A DNA stretch of 64,000 nucleotides, taken from the human T2T-CHM13v2.0 reference genome, Homo sapiens. Both the position numbers and the translations under genes were made by a program. Below, in pieces: positions 61,926 through 64,000 of this stretch (position 1 is its first letter; each line of letters begins with the position of its first letter). The stretch lies in the NCBI RefSeq assembly GCF_009914755.1, contig NC_060926.1; one strand, written 5' to 3'. Below the pieces are notes generated by a model. That model did not search any database. It saw nothing but the letters and a program-made list of their open reading frames with translations, and was not told the DNA's origin.

Positions 61926-63169
61926 TGTCTAGAATACTAAAACCTTGTATCGATCAAGACGAGCATGTTGACCTATGCACAAGGAAGCTTTGAAATCTAG
62001 TTCATCATTGACAAATCCGGTGAAAATTAATCTTTTAGTCTCATCCTTCCTCTTCCTAATCTTCTTATGAGACTGTATGTTTCTATTTAAGTATTTTTCA
62101 GCTACTTAACTGTGTCCACTAAAATTCTCCAATGTTTTTACAAGTTCCAAGCATTTGTCATATAACATTTCACTCATATTTTTGCATTTAGGTCGTTCTT
62201 TGTCTCCAAGGTATTAGGTTTTCTTGCCATTCATCTTCTGCCTGTGTCTTTAGTACCCATGAAGCTACCTTGGCTCTGCTGTTTCTCTCCTTTTAATCAG
62301 AAGATTTATTCCATTTTGTTCCATACCAGCCAAGTTATTTCACTATTACATTTCTGAATCTTTCATGCTTACAGTTTGCCTTCCTTACCAAGGAGCCTCT
62401 GCTTATGACAGGATTTTTCTTCTTCATTCTCACAAGTAGCAAGTAAATAGCAAATAAATCCTTCAACATGGAAGACCCTCCACCTTTTGCTTATTTATTT
62501 TTGTAATTTGTACCAACCCTTTATATTTGGTGAAGATATCACTTTTATCAGGAAGACTACTAGGTACATTGGTATGATTTAGATTCTTCTCTATGGACAT
62601 TAATTGCTATATTCCTACCACTTGGCTATAGTGACTGGCATTTAATAAACATTCCATTAGTGGTAGAATACGGGAGCAATTTAATGGATGAATGAAATGT
62701 GTGTCTAAAAATGAGGTTGCTTAAAAAATTCTGTTTCTCTGATTCATGTTATAGTGTTAGCTCCAGAAGGGAATGTTCTCTACTAATTATTTTATGGTAA
62801 TCTTAAAAACCTTTAATGGTTTTCCATCTTAACTATTTTTGATAAATAGTAAAAATGTCTAGTTTCTTTTGAAATACATTCAAGTCTTGTGAAAAGTTGA
62901 GAATGAGATGTATATTCAATGTGTCACAATCCAGTGGAATTGAACTTATGTTATTGTGCTTGTATTATATTGCACAAGGTTGAATAGCTTCCTTTCAAAA
63001 ACTGTCAGACCTGGCATTAATCAATCCAATCGAACAGTAAACTACAGTCTGTCCTTTCTTATTTGGCAAACAGATAAAGCACAGTTAATATATTTCATTG
63101 CAACCCTCAGGTGTTCTGTTTCTAATGTTTACTTTAGAAAAGGTTATAATGAAGTTGACTTACTTTATT

Positions 63170-63780
63170 CATACATTCATTCAAAACCCATTTTTCAGTG
63201 TAATGTGCCAGGAATCTCTCAAAGGCTGGGAGTAGAGAGAAGAAAGATAACGTCCACCCACTCAAGGTTTTCACAATCAAGATGGGGAGGAAGATAAGTA
63301 GGTAATTACATTCAGTTGGTGCAAAAATAATCGCGATTTTTGCCACAAAAGTAATAGCGAAAACCGCGATTACTTTTGCACGAACCTAATAGATTATGTG
63401 ATTAAGTCTCAGCAGATAAATGCCCAGAATTTTATGACAAAAAGTAGAAGGGAAAACCACTCAGGCCAAGACATTTAGAGGATTCCAGAGGGAGTTCTAC
63501 ATTTGCTAAGTTGCAACTAGTTGCTGGTAGAGTATTGGGGAGTTCGAGGGAGGTCGAGGAGTTTTTGAGTGGGAGAGAACAGCATGTGCCAAGACATATA
63601 CACAAGATGGGCAGAGGAAGTGTCTACAAGACTGAAAGCTTATTGGCTGAATTATATTATAGGAACATTGGATTCGTATATCTGAAAGAATGGAAGGAGA
63701 CAAAGCTGGAAATACAAGTGAGAATTACTTCAAAAGGGACCATATATGCCCCTCCCCAGCTTTGGGGTGGGCGGAGCTTT
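63170..63780 (-). mobile_element. L2 LINE fragment with MADE1 inserted
   Basis: cattcattcaaaacc...aatgtgccagg...ctcaaggttttcacaatc...gggagagaacagcatgtgccaag. Confidence 0.6.
63311..63389. mobile_element. MADE1 (Hsmar1-derived palindromic MITE)
   Basis: gttggtgcaaaa...gcgatttttgcca / gcgaaaaccgcgattacttttgcacgaacctaa followed by TA. Confidence 0.92.
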
Positions 63781-63831
63781 GCATGGAGAAGCAATGTGAT
63801 TATATTAGCATGGTGAAGCAGCACGCTGGTG

Positions 63832-64000
63832 TATGGTTGTCAGATAAAATATAGTTACATTTCAGATAAAGAATGAATCTTTTCTTTCAGTATCAACATG
63901 TCGCAAATCTTGCATGGGACATATTTACACAAAAAAGTTATTCATTGTCAAATTGAAATTAATCTTTCACTGAACATCCTGTATTTCTCTGTGTTAAATC
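63832..64000. mobile_element. MER53-like palindromic MITE, cut by the window end
   Basis: ggttgtcagataaaata...tttcagataaa...ttgcatgggacat...catcctgtattt. Confidence 0.75.

Overview
Primate, most likely human, non-coding DNA rich in repeats. No host protein-coding exon, rRNA, tRNA or CRISPR array is recognisable. Two full-length + strand LINE-1s dominate the window. The first is an older, decayed L1PA5-like copy (~2438-8575). The second is a young L1HS-type copy (19267-25346; ACG/A 3' diagnostics, 12-bp TSD) with intact ORF1 and ORF0 and an ORF2 broken only by three A-run indels. The rest holds a near-full-length Tigger1, seven to eight Alus, MaLR/ERV LTRs, MITEs (MER47A, MER2B, MER58A, MER5A, MADE1, MER53) and ancient MIR/L2/L3/L1M fragments. 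Signals these repeats do not explain: a 38-bp-stem foldback hairpin inside an L2 (13173-13256), a 130-bp local copy inserted into an L2 (43733-43862 vs 45324-45453), a serial template-switch mosaic in a TA-rich tract (~27983-28523), a possible L1 3' transduction, and several motif-dense unique segments. I found no convincing wholly new biological system. Repeat family names come from recalled consensus sequences, not from database searches, and boundaries of ancient repeats are approximate.
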